A stretch of DNA of 47,281 nucleotides from an uncultured Candidatus Saccharibacteria bacterium (GTDB lineage Bacteria; Patescibacteriota; Minisyncoccia; Phycocordibacterales; GWA1-40-21): contig CAZAJY010000002.1 of NCBI GenBank assembly GCA_964485905.1, positions 1 to 47,281 of the forward strand, written 5' to 3'. Below are positions 1 to 7,303 of this stretch, piece by piece (position 1 is the stretch's first letter; the number at the start of each line of letters is the position of its first letter). The translations under genes were made by a program, and so were the position numbers. The notes below the pieces were generated by a model. That model was not told where the DNA came from and did not search any database. It worked only from the letters and a program-made list of their open reading frames with translations.

Positions 1-140
1 ATTTAAAGAAAAATCCAAAGGATAATCACTCCCGCCGAGGCTTACTTGGTATGGTTGCTGATCGCCGAACTCATTTAAAATATTTAGAAAAGAAGGCTCC
101 CAAAAAATATTCAGCCCTAGTTAAAAAATTAGGTCTGTAA
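1..140 (+). CDS. rpsO: 30S ribosomal protein S15, C-terminal fragment (5' end outside window)
   Basis: Frame 3 reads [45 protein letters not shown], ending at TAA 138-140. The KD.HSRRGL..MV..RR..L.YL pattern is the conserved S15 C-terminus. It lies upstream of pnp as in the classical rpsO-pnp arrangement. Confidence 0.85.
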   Translation, partial: LKKNPKDNHSRRGLLGMVADRRTHLKYLEKKAPKKYSALVKKLGL

Positions 141-167
141 TTTTTCTCCAGAAACTATTCAAATAAA

Positions 168-300
168 GAAACTGGTTAGATATAACTTTTTCGTGCCTTA
201 CGGACTGAGCTTTTTAGTAAAAAAGCGAGGGAGTAGAGAAATAATTTTGTGACGACAAAATTATTATCGTGCAAAGAAAAAGTTATATTTAACTAGTTTC
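168..300 (+). promoter_or_regulatory. About 133-nt three-way-junction RNA-like structure with a 25-bp closing stem, downstream of rpsO
   Basis: 168-192 GAAACTGGTTAGATATAACTTTTTC pairs with 276-300 GAAAAAGTTATATTTAACTAGTTTC (25 bp). The two G-T pairs, 174/294 and 179/289, are wobble-compatible only in a + strand transcript. Enclosed hairpins are 209-226 (GCTTTTT/AAAAAGC) and 241-264 (ATAATTTTGT-GACG-ACAAAATTAT). Confidence 0.45.
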
Positions 301-353
301 GTGATACAATATAAACAGGTCGATTTTTAATAATTTAAAATAATTTTAATATA

Positions 354-875
354 ATGTTAATCAAACACAAAGATCAAAGAGTTGGTATTTTTATTGATAC
401 ACAAAACTTATATCACTGCGCTAAGAATTTATATGGGGCAAAAGTTAATTTTGCTCAAGTTGTAAAGGATGCCCTAGCTGGCCGTTCACTTATTCGTGCT
501 ATTGCTTATGTTATCACCACCGAAAGTGGCGATGAAAAAAGCTTTTTTGAAGCATTAACCAAAGCTGGAATCGAAACTAAAACCAAAGATTTACAAATCT
601 TCGCCGGTGGCGCTAAAAAAGCAGACTGGGACGTGGGTTTAGCGGTGGATGCTATCAAAATGGCGCCAAAACTAGATACTATTATTCTTATTGCAGGCGA
701 CGGGGACTATGTTCCGCTCGTGGAATACTTAAAAATGAATGAGGGTTGCCAAGTGGAGGCTCTCTGTTTCGGTAAAAGCACTTCAGCAAAATTAATCGCT
801 TCCGTAGACGGCTTCACAGATTTGGACGATAATGCTCGGAAATATTTATTGGGCCCGGTCGGGCTAAGACGTTAA
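354..875 (+). CDS. NYN-domain (LabA/DUF88-like, PIN-related) predicted ribonuclease
   Basis: 173-aa ORF. N-terminal RVGIFIDTQNLYH and later IILIAGDGDYVPLVEYLK are the acidic-residue signatures of NYN/LabA-like domains. Confidence 0.75.
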   Translation: MLIKHKDQRVGIFIDTQNLYHCAKNLYGAKVNFAQVVKDALAGRSLIRAIAYVITTESGDEKSFFEALTKAGIETKTKDLQIFAGGAKKADWDVGLAVDAIKMAPKLDTIILIAGDGDYVPLVEYLKMNEGCQVEALCFGKSTSAKLIASVDGFTDLDDNARKYLLGPVGLRR

Positions 876-958
876 GAAACGTCCGCCCGAACGTTTTGAG
901 AAAAATGTTTTAGGGGAAGGAGATAAGGCTAAACAAAATCTCTAATCTATGCTAGGAT

Positions 959-996
959 AAAACTCACCCTGAAGTTATTGAAGGGTGAGTTTTATT
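959..996 (+). terminator. Intrinsic terminator after the NYN gene
   Basis: AAAACTCACCC (959-969) ... GGGTGAGTTTT (983-993) forms a stem with a GC core CTCACCC/GGGTGAG, followed by a T-rich run. Confidence 0.6.
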
Positions 997-1079
997 AATT
1001 TAATAGGGCTTGGTTTACGGATAAGCAGTTTGTCTGCCCTTGGCAGGTGATCTGAAATTCGTAAGTCAGGCTAAACAAT

Positions 1080-3197
1080 ATGAAAAAACAAGAGTTTTCA
1101 ATGGAACTTAATGGCAAGAAATTGACCGCTGAGTTCAACGACCTGGTAGAAAATGCCCACGGTTCGTGTTTATTAAAATATGGCAATACGGTCATTTTGG
1201 CCACCGCCGTCATCTCCAAAGATGAAATCGCCAAGGATTATTTGCCTTTGACGGTAGATTATGAAGAAAAATTTTACGCTTCTGGTCAAATTTTAGGTAG
1301 TCGCTTTATGAAACGAGAAGGGAAACCTTCCGATGAAGCCATTTTATCTGGCCGAGTTGTGGACCGAACCATCCGTCCGCTCTTTGACCAATGGATCAGA
1401 AATGAAATGCAGGTGGTTATTACCATTCTTTCCATTGACCAAGACGACCCCGATGTTTTAGCCGTTATCGCCGCTTCTTTGGCTCTAGGCGTCTCAAAAA
1501 TTCCATTCCACGGTCCAGTATCGGCCGTTAGAATTGCCAAACACAAAACCGATGGTTTTGAAGTAAACCCAACTTATATTGAGAGAGAAAATGAAGGCTA
1601 TGAATTGGATTTAATTGCTTGTGGTAAAGATGGAAATATTAATATGATTGAATTGGGTGGGGATGAAGCCCAAGAAAGCGTGATTATTGAGGCGATGCAA
1701 AAAGCGTCTGAAGAAATTGAAAAAATAAATGCTTGGCAGAAAACTGTTATTGCGAAAATCGGTGTAGCAAAAATTTCTCTACCTGCTCCAGTCATGCCAG
1801 AAGAAATTAAAAATCTTTTTGCGACCGAAATTGAACCAAAATTAGAAAGTTATGTCATGAGTGGAATCCCCGGTGGTTCAAAAATTGGAGAAATTATGGA
1901 TATCTGGATGAAATTGGCCGCTGAAAAATATCCGGATATAAAATCGACTTTCGCTGAACATCTTTTTGAAGAAAAAGTGGATGCTATGATTCACGAACAA
2001 GTTTTAAATAATAATAAGCGAGCTGATGGCCGAGGAATTGATGAATTACGACCCCTCTTTGCTCAGGCCGGCGGAATTTCATCCGTGTTACATGGTTCCG
2101 GAATCTTCTATCGCGGAGGAACGCATATCCTGACCGCTTTAACTTTAGGTGGTCCATCAGATGCCCAAATTATAAATGGGATGGAAGAGAGTACTGATGC
2201 TAAAAGATTTATGCATCATTATAATTTTCCACCATATTCAACTGGTGAAACTGGTAAAATGGGTGGAACAAATCGCCGAATGATTGGCCATGGTGCTTTA
2301 GCCGAAAAAGCTTTATTACCAATGATTCCCAAAAATGCTGATTTCCCTTACACTATTCGTTTAGTATCAGAAGCCATGTCATCAAATGGTTCAACTTCCA
2401 TGGGCTCAGTCTGTGCTTCTACTATTGCTTTGATGGATGGTGGTGTGCCGATTAAAGCTCCGGTCGCTGGTATTGCTTCGGGCTTGATGATGGATGATAA
2501 AGGAAATTACAAAGTCTTAACCGACATTCAAGGACCAGAAGATCATTATGGTGATATGGATTTCAAAGTGGCTGGAACAAAAAAAGGTGTCACCGCTATT
2601 CAAATGGATGTGAAAGTTGGTGGTGTACCGATTCCAGCTCTAGCCGTGGCTTTTGAAAAAGCAAAAAATGCTCGCTTACAAATCTTAGATGTGATTTTGA
2701 AAGAAATTTCTGAACCCAGAAAAGATATTGCTCCAAGCGCACCAAAAATTTTGGTCTTGAAAATAAAACCAGATCAAATTGGTGGGGTAATTGGTTCTGG
2801 TGGAAAAGTCATTAAAGAAATTAAAGAAAAAACTGGTGCTGATATTGATATTGAAGATGATGGAACAGTTTATTGTACTGGTAAAGATGGTTCGGCCGAG
2901 AAAGCCAAAGCCATTATTGAAGCAATGACCCATGAATACAAAGTAGGGGAAAGATATGAGGGAACGGTAACAAAAATTGCTGACTTCGGGGCTTTTGTCC
3001 GACTACAAGGTGATACTGAAGGCTTGGTTCACGTTTCCGAAATTGCCACTTTCCGAGTGGAAAAAGTAGAAAGTTTAATTAAAGTTGGTGAAAAAGTTCC
3101 GGTGATTGTTAAAGAAGTTGATCCAGAAAGAGGTCGCATTGGTCTCTCCATCAAGCTCGCTGATCCTGAGTGGGCAAAAAATAAATTGGGAAAATAA
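1080..3197 (+). CDS. pnp: Polynucleotide phosphorylase (polyribonucleotide nucleotidyltransferase)
   Basis: 705 aa. It has two RNase PH-like halves (FMHHYNFPPYSTGE, GHGALAEKAL, SNGSTSMGSVCASTIALMDGGVP), a KH region (IGGVIGSGGKVIKEI) and a C-terminal S1 domain (YEGTVTKIADFGAFVRL). Confidence 0.97.
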   Translation: MKKQEFSMELNGKKLTAEFNDLVENAHGSCLLKYGNTVILATAVISKDEIAKDYLPLTVDYEEKFYASGQILGSRFMKREGKPSDEAILSGRVVDRTIRPLFDQWIRNEMQVVITILSIDQDDPDVLAVIAASLALGVSKIPFHGPVSAVRIAKHKTDGFEVNPTYIERENEGYELDLIACGKDGNINMIELGGDEAQESVIIEAMQKASEEIEKINAWQKTVIAKIGVAKISLPAPVMPEEIKNLFATEIEPKLESYVMSGIPGGSKIGEIMDIWMKLAAEKYPDIKSTFAEHLFEEKVDAMIHEQVLNNNKRADGRGIDELRPLFAQAGGISSVLHGSGIFYRGGTHILTALTLGGPSDAQIINGMEESTDAKRFMHHYNFPPYSTGETGKMGGTNRRMIGHGALAEKALLPMIPKNADFPYTIRLVSEAMSSNGSTSMGSVCASTIALMDGGVPIKAPVAGIASGLMMDDKGNYKVLTDIQGPEDHYGDMDFKVAGTKKGVTAIQMDVKVGGVPIPALAVAFEKAKNARLQILDVILKEISEPRKDIAPSAPKILVLKIKPDQIGGVIGSGGKVIKEIKEKTGADIDIEDDGTVYCTGKDGSAEKAKAIIEAMTHEYKVGERYEGTVTKIADFGAFVRLQGDTEGLVHVSEIATFRVEKVESLIKVGEKVPVIVKEVDPERGRIGLSIKLADPEWAKNKLGK

Positions 3198-3223
3198 TAA
3201 AAAATCGGGTATAATAGGATCAA

Positions 3224-4282
3224 ATGCTACCAAATGATCCAATAAAAACTAATCTTGATCCGATCTTTACTGGCCAGAAACCAGTTGATAAAACTGTACC
3301 GGCAAGTGCTTATAATACATTAACTAATCAGGAATATGTTCCGAGTCAACCAACGATTAGGCCAGCACCCTTGCCAGAAAAAAATCTAAAGCCAACTAAT
3401 AAATCACTAGTTCGAACTTATAAAAGTGACGTAGAATCTGCAATTAAAAATGATCATGTCTCTTCAATTAATATCGCTATGGCAGAAAATGAAAAGATGC
3501 GCAAAAAAATTGAAGGTGAAGCAACAAAAATAACCCCCAGTGAATATTCTAAAAATAAAATAATAATCTTTATTAGTTTAGCTCTAGTCTTTGTCGGTGT
3601 TATCGGTTTAATTATTGTTCTAATTGTTAAAAATCAAAGTTCTGTTCCCGTTGCGCAAGTCCAAGAAATGCCAGCTCTAATTACCGCTGAATATAAAGAT
3701 GAATTAAACACTGATGTTATTGTCAAAGGTAATTTTAATCGCGCCCTTTCTAGTCGACTAAATGATATTCAAATTGCTGTCAATAATTTTTATAGTCCTT
3801 ATATAACCACTGGCGCAACATCCACCAAACGACTGATCACGGCTTCAGAATTTGTGACCCTAGCCGGATTTAAAATACCCGATGTAGTCAAAAGAAATCT
3901 GCAACCAGATTTTATGGTTGGAATGTATGCTTTTAGTCAAAATTTGCCTTTTATTATTTTCAAGACTTCGTCATTTGAAAATACCTATGCTGGAATGTTG
4001 GACTGGGAAAAAGATCTAGAAAATGATCTGCAAGTGATATTTAGGTTGCCTGGCTATGAAAATAACGGAGGTTTATTAAACGCTCTTAACCCAACCACCC
4101 AAAGAAAATTTGAGGATAAAGTAATTGTTAATAAAGATGTTCGTCTAATCCATGGAATTGATGGAAAAACAGAATTGCTTTATAGTATTTTGGATAAAGA
4201 TACAATCATAATTACTGTGAATGATGTGGCTTTTAAGGAAATAGTTAATCGCTTAAATAAAGAAAAAGGCTTAAAGAGGTAA
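3224..4282 (+). CDS. Hypothetical single-pass membrane protein
   Basis: 352-aa ORF with one hydrophobic helix (IIIFISLALVFVGVIGLIIVLIV) after a Pro-rich N-terminus. No recognisable catalytic motif. Confidence 0.6.
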   Translation: MLPNDPIKTNLDPIFTGQKPVDKTVPASAYNTLTNQEYVPSQPTIRPAPLPEKNLKPTNKSLVRTYKSDVESAIKNDHVSSINIAMAENEKMRKKIEGEATKITPSEYSKNKIIIFISLALVFVGVIGLIIVLIVKNQSSVPVAQVQEMPALITAEYKDELNTDVIVKGNFNRALSSRLNDIQIAVNNFYSPYITTGATSTKRLITASEFVTLAGFKIPDVVKRNLQPDFMVGMYAFSQNLPFIIFKTSSFENTYAGMLDWEKDLENDLQVIFRLPGYENNGGLLNALNPTTQRKFEDKVIVNKDVRLIHGIDGKTELLYSILDKDTIIITVNDVAFKEIVNRLNKEKGLKR

Positions 4283-4294
4283 TTTTTCGTTGAA

Positions 4295-4387
4295 CTACGA
4301 AAGAAACATTCAAATTTTTCGTCGCGTCGGAGCCCACCCGTACTCGGGAAGGGTGAAGCGCGAATAATTTGAATGTTTCTTTAGTAG
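4295..4387 (+). other. 93-nt extended hairpin (AT-rich 21-bp lower stem, GC-rich apex) between the 352-aa gene and the dksA-like gene
   Basis: 4295-4316 CTACGAAAGAAACATTCAAATT pairs with 4366-4387 AATTTGAATGTTTCTTTAGTAG (one mismatch). The apex contains CGCG...CGCG and CCCG-TACT-CGGG. Confidence 0.45.
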
Positions 4388-4403
4388 ATGATATGATTAA
4401 GGA

Positions 4404-4757
4404 ATGGAAACAAATAAATACAAAAAATTATTAGAGGGTGAGAAAACAAAATTGTTAAAAGAATTAGCTACCATTGGTCATAAAAACCCATCCAATCCAA
4501 AAGATTGGGAGGCGGTACCAACTAATTTAGATTCTGATTCAGCCGATGAAAACGAAGTGGCCGATACGATTGAAGAGTTTGAAGGTAATTCTGGTATTTT
4601 AAAACAATTAGAAATCCAATTAAATAATGTTGAAAAAGCTTTGGCCGAAATCAAAGCTGGCACATATGGTAAATGTTTAGTTTGCGGCGAAGAAATTCCG
4701 ACTGCTCGTCTGGATGCTAATCCTGCTTCATTAACTTGTATTAAACATACTAAATAA
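4404..4757 (+). CDS. DksA/TraR-family C4-type zinc-finger protein
   Basis: 117 aa. An acidic coiled-coil N-terminal part is followed by GTYGKCLVCGEEIPTARLDANPASLTCIKH, the typical DksA/TraR/YteA zinc-finger tail. Confidence 0.75.
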   Translation: METNKYKKLLEGEKTKLLKELATIGHKNPSNPKDWEAVPTNLDSDSADENEVADTIEEFEGNSGILKQLEIQLNNVEKALAEIKAGTYGKCLVCGEEIPTARLDANPASLTCIKHTK

Positions 4758-4773
4758 AATTATTTTTAAAAAA

Positions 4774-4803
4774 CTTAAGGTGCCAATTTGGCACCTTAAG
4801 TTT
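4774..4803 (+). terminator. Intrinsic terminator after the dksA-like gene
   Basis: CTTAAGGTGCC-AATTT-GGCACCTTAAG is a perfect 11-bp stem followed by TTT. Confidence 0.75.
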
Positions 4804-4844
4804 GAAAAATCAAGATCACAAATTGTGACCTTGAACAGCTCACG

Positions 4845-4909
4845 CAACCGCCCCGTCTGTCAGAACAGACACCCCGCCTTAACTAAGGCGGGGATTTGGT
4901 GGAAACACT
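4845..4909 (+). repeat. Copy 1 of a two-hairpin structured element (copy 2 at 46857-46920, minus strand)
   Basis: CAACCGCCCCGTCTGTCAGAACAGACACCCCGCCTTAACTAAGGCGGGGATTTGGTGGAAACACT. Hairpins are GTCTG/CAGAC and CCCCGCCTT/AAGGCGGGG. It aligns with the reverse complement of 46857-46920. Confidence 0.7.
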
Positions 4910-4982
4910 TTGCGCTACTATATTCGAAAAATCTAAACCAAAATCTGAAATTGGTTTTCGTATGAAATAATCTATCTAAAAG

Positions 4983-4991
4983 TTATCCACA
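4983..4991 (+). promoter_or_regulatory. Perfect DnaA-box consensus 9-mer (TTATCCACA) outside the origin region
   Basis: Exact TTATCCACA at 4983-4991 in the intergenic region upstream of the 5093 gene. Confidence 0.4.
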
Positions 4992-5006
4992 GTTTGGCTT
5001 GCTTGC

Positions 5007-5023
5007 GAGAGAGAGAGAGAGAG
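5007..5023. repeat. (GA)8.5 dinucleotide microsatellite
   Basis: GAGAGAGAGAGAGAGAG at 5007-5023, flanked by TTGCTT (4999-5004) and TAGAAT (5024-5029), about 70 nt upstream of the ATG at 5093. Confidence 0.9.
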
Positions 5024-5092
5024 TAGAATATAAGTAGTCGGAAATAAGTAATCTTATTTATTTTATTAACTTTAATAACTAACTTATAAAAA

Positions 5093-6181
5093 ATGAAAAT
5101 AAAATCTCTCTTGGTTTTATCAGCCCTACTTGTTAGTTCAAATCTTGGATTAGTAAGTGCAACTTATGCAGAAGTTACACCGGGTTTTAAATTTTCTAAC
5201 GCTCCACTAGTGGAGCCGGGAATTTATGATGGTGCTTTAGGCAATAACGAAACAGTATATTATAAATTTAATGCCTCAAAAGGGCAAACAGTCAAACTTT
5301 CTGCCGTTTTTACTCAAACACAAATTGGTGTAACTGACGTTCCTTGTACATGTCTAGTTCCTTCAATAATAGGATATGATAAAAATATGTTTCCATTGGG
5401 GTCTACAGTTGGAAAAGAATACTTCAAATACGCAAACGATGACGGGCCTTATTGTATAAGAGGAAATGATACCTCTCCTCATGGTTATAGTGGTTCTTAT
5501 AAAGTTACAGAGACTGGTATAAACTATGTCGCTGTATCTACAGGATGGAGAGAAACCTGTAAAGTACTAACAAATGATGGTGATCCTTACAGTGTTGCAC
5601 AAATTGACAGAGAGACAAGAAAAGCTTTATCAAAAATATACTATGATCTTAATATTACGGTAGAAGGGACACCGACTCCAGTAGTAACAGCTCCGGTTGT
5701 GGCTCCTGTCGTCACTCCAGTAGTAGCACCAGTAATAACACGAGAACCAGTGGTAACTCCACCTAAACCAAAACCAGTAGTTACAACACCTAAACCAACT
5801 GTTCCTGAACCAAAGATTGTTGAAACAGAAGCAACTACAACTGAAGAAGCAACGACTGAAGCAGAGACATTAGTAAAAGCAAGTGCAACTGAAAATGAAA
5901 CAGTTTTAGCGAAAGTAGATAAAATTGACAACATTAGTGGTTTTCGAATCTTCTTTGTGGGTGTAAATTCCAGAGATTTAAAAGAACTAAAAGTTGAATT
6001 AACCAAAGCTCAAAATAAATTAACGAAATTAGAAAAAGCCCTCACCAGAATTGATGATGTCTTATTACAAATTGACATTGAAGACCAAATTTCCGCAACA
6101 GAAGATCTGATCGCTCAATTAGAGGTAACAATTGGTGAAAAAGATAATCGTTTCAGCTTGTTTGGTTGGTTATTCAGATAA
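5093..6181 (+). CDS. Secreted protein with a Pro/Val/Thr-rich linker and a C-terminal coiled coil
   Basis: 362 aa. It has a signal-like N-terminus (MKIKSLLVLSALLVSSNLGLVSATYA), a PVV/TPKP low-complexity stretch and a heptad-like tail. Confidence 0.6.
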   Translation: MKIKSLLVLSALLVSSNLGLVSATYAEVTPGFKFSNAPLVEPGIYDGALGNNETVYYKFNASKGQTVKLSAVFTQTQIGVTDVPCTCLVPSIIGYDKNMFPLGSTVGKEYFKYANDDGPYCIRGNDTSPHGYSGSYKVTETGINYVAVSTGWRETCKVLTNDGDPYSVAQIDRETRKALSKIYYDLNITVEGTPTPVVTAPVVAPVVTPVVAPVITREPVVTPPKPKPVVTTPKPTVPEPKIVETEATTTEEATTEAETLVKASATENETVLAKVDKIDNISGFRIFFVGVNSRDLKELKVELTKAQNKLTKLEKALTRIDDVLLQIDIEDQISATEDLIAQLEVTIGEKDNRFSLFGWLFR

Positions 6182-6194
6182 TACTCATATTAAA

Positions 6195-7211
6195 ATGGAG
6201 GAACAAAATTTAAACGTGCCAATTCAAAATAATCAGCAGAATGTTATAACTCCGCCGGTCGGCACACCACTAACAAAGCCAGGTTTTGCAAAAAAATGGT
6301 GGATAATTATATCTGTTGTAATTTTATTGATTGGGATTGGTGTAACTTTAACGGTAATTTTTTATGAGGATAAGGACTTGGTTTCTACAGAAAAAACAAG
6401 CCGCCCAACCACAGACATTGTAGGAATTACGTCCTTAAAATTACAACTAAAAGATATCGAGGCTCAAATCGCCAATTCCTACAAAGAAGATCTGGCTACT
6501 AAAGGAGGGGGTGGTATGGATGCTTATCTAGCTGGTGTAGACAAAAGAAACAAACTACAAGAGGAAGGTGCCCGGATACAAGCTGAGATAGATGCAAAAT
6601 TGGTGTCTAATGTAAACAATGTTGATGCTGAAGCTATTTATAATAAATTTTGTTCTGGTTCAGTAAATATTGACTATGTAAAAACTGATTATTCGAATGA
6701 ATTCACACTTAAATTATCTGAATTACCGATTGAAAAGTTAGCAAATAATTTAATGAATAACGTTTACTTAGACAATCAAATACCTGAGGCATTACAATAT
6801 TTTGGATTAAAATTAACACAAGCAAGTAAAATTGACGATGGATTAAATATCTATAAATGTGCTGCTGAAAAATATTATGATATGGTTTCAATGTACAGAA
6901 TGATGACGTTGTATAGGTTTGGGACAGACTCTTTGAGAAAACAGTTTCCGAATGCTATTATAGAAAATAATATAGATGTAGACATTAAGCAGACATATTT
7001 TTGGTTAATATCAACCCTATATGTTCAATCTGTCGCAGAATATGACCAATCAGCATTTTATCAGGTTAGGTGGAATGTTATGTCCACATTGGATAATTGG
7101 GGTTCAGGAGACACCAATGTACTAACAAACGAAGAGATAAAAAGTGTAGAAGATGATGCATATAATTTTATCAAAACAAGATATCCAGAAATTAAAAAAG
7201 GTGATATTTAG
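6195..7211 (+). CDS. Hypothetical membrane-anchored protein
   Basis: I prefer the internal ATG at 6195 (MEEQNLN...), which follows the upstream stop at 6181 rather than overlapping it as the track start at 6132 does. One TM helix (WWIIISVVILLIGIGVTLTVIF). Confidence 0.55.
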   Translation: MEEQNLNVPIQNNQQNVITPPVGTPLTKPGFAKKWWIIISVVILLIGIGVTLTVIFYEDKDLVSTEKTSRPTTDIVGITSLKLQLKDIEAQIANSYKEDLATKGGGGMDAYLAGVDKRNKLQEEGARIQAEIDAKLVSNVNNVDAEAIYNKFCSGSVNIDYVKTDYSNEFTLKLSELPIEKLANNLMNNVYLDNQIPEALQYFGLKLTQASKIDDGLNIYKCAAEKYYDMVSMYRMMTLYRFGTDSLRKQFPNAIIENNIDVDIKQTYFWLISTLYVQSVAEYDQSAFYQVRWNVMSTLDNWGSGDTNVLTNEEIKSVEDDAYNFIKTRYPEIKKGDI

Positions 7212-7303
7212 ATAAAATTTGACGTTGAAATATAAGCATATTTTTGTTAATTATAATAAATGCGATTACGATATCGTCATAATATGCTATACTAAACGAC
7301 ATT

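Noticed and set aside
4841-4880. Fluoride (crcB) riboswitch, suggested by the AACCGCC string
   Set aside because: The upstream GATGG-type pairing partner and the downstream GATGATGCCTAC-like segment are absent, and no crcB or fluoride-related gene follows.
4780-4965. 61-aa ORF in the dksA-downstream intergenic region
   Set aside because: It runs through a terminator hairpin and the conserved two-hairpin element. It has no RBS or start context, and its sequence is explained by the RNA-like structures. I treat it as non-coding.
5680-5830. Tandem-repeat-like DNA (CCAGTAGT..., ACACCTAAACCA...)
   Set aside because: It lies in frame within the 5093-6181 ORF and encodes the PVV/TPKP low-complexity linker. 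It is a coding repeat, not an independent element.
6132-6194. Upstream extension of the 6132-7211 ORF overlapping the preceding gene by 50 nt
   Set aside because: The internal ATG at 6195 follows the upstream stop and gives a sensible N-terminus. The extension was not adopted.
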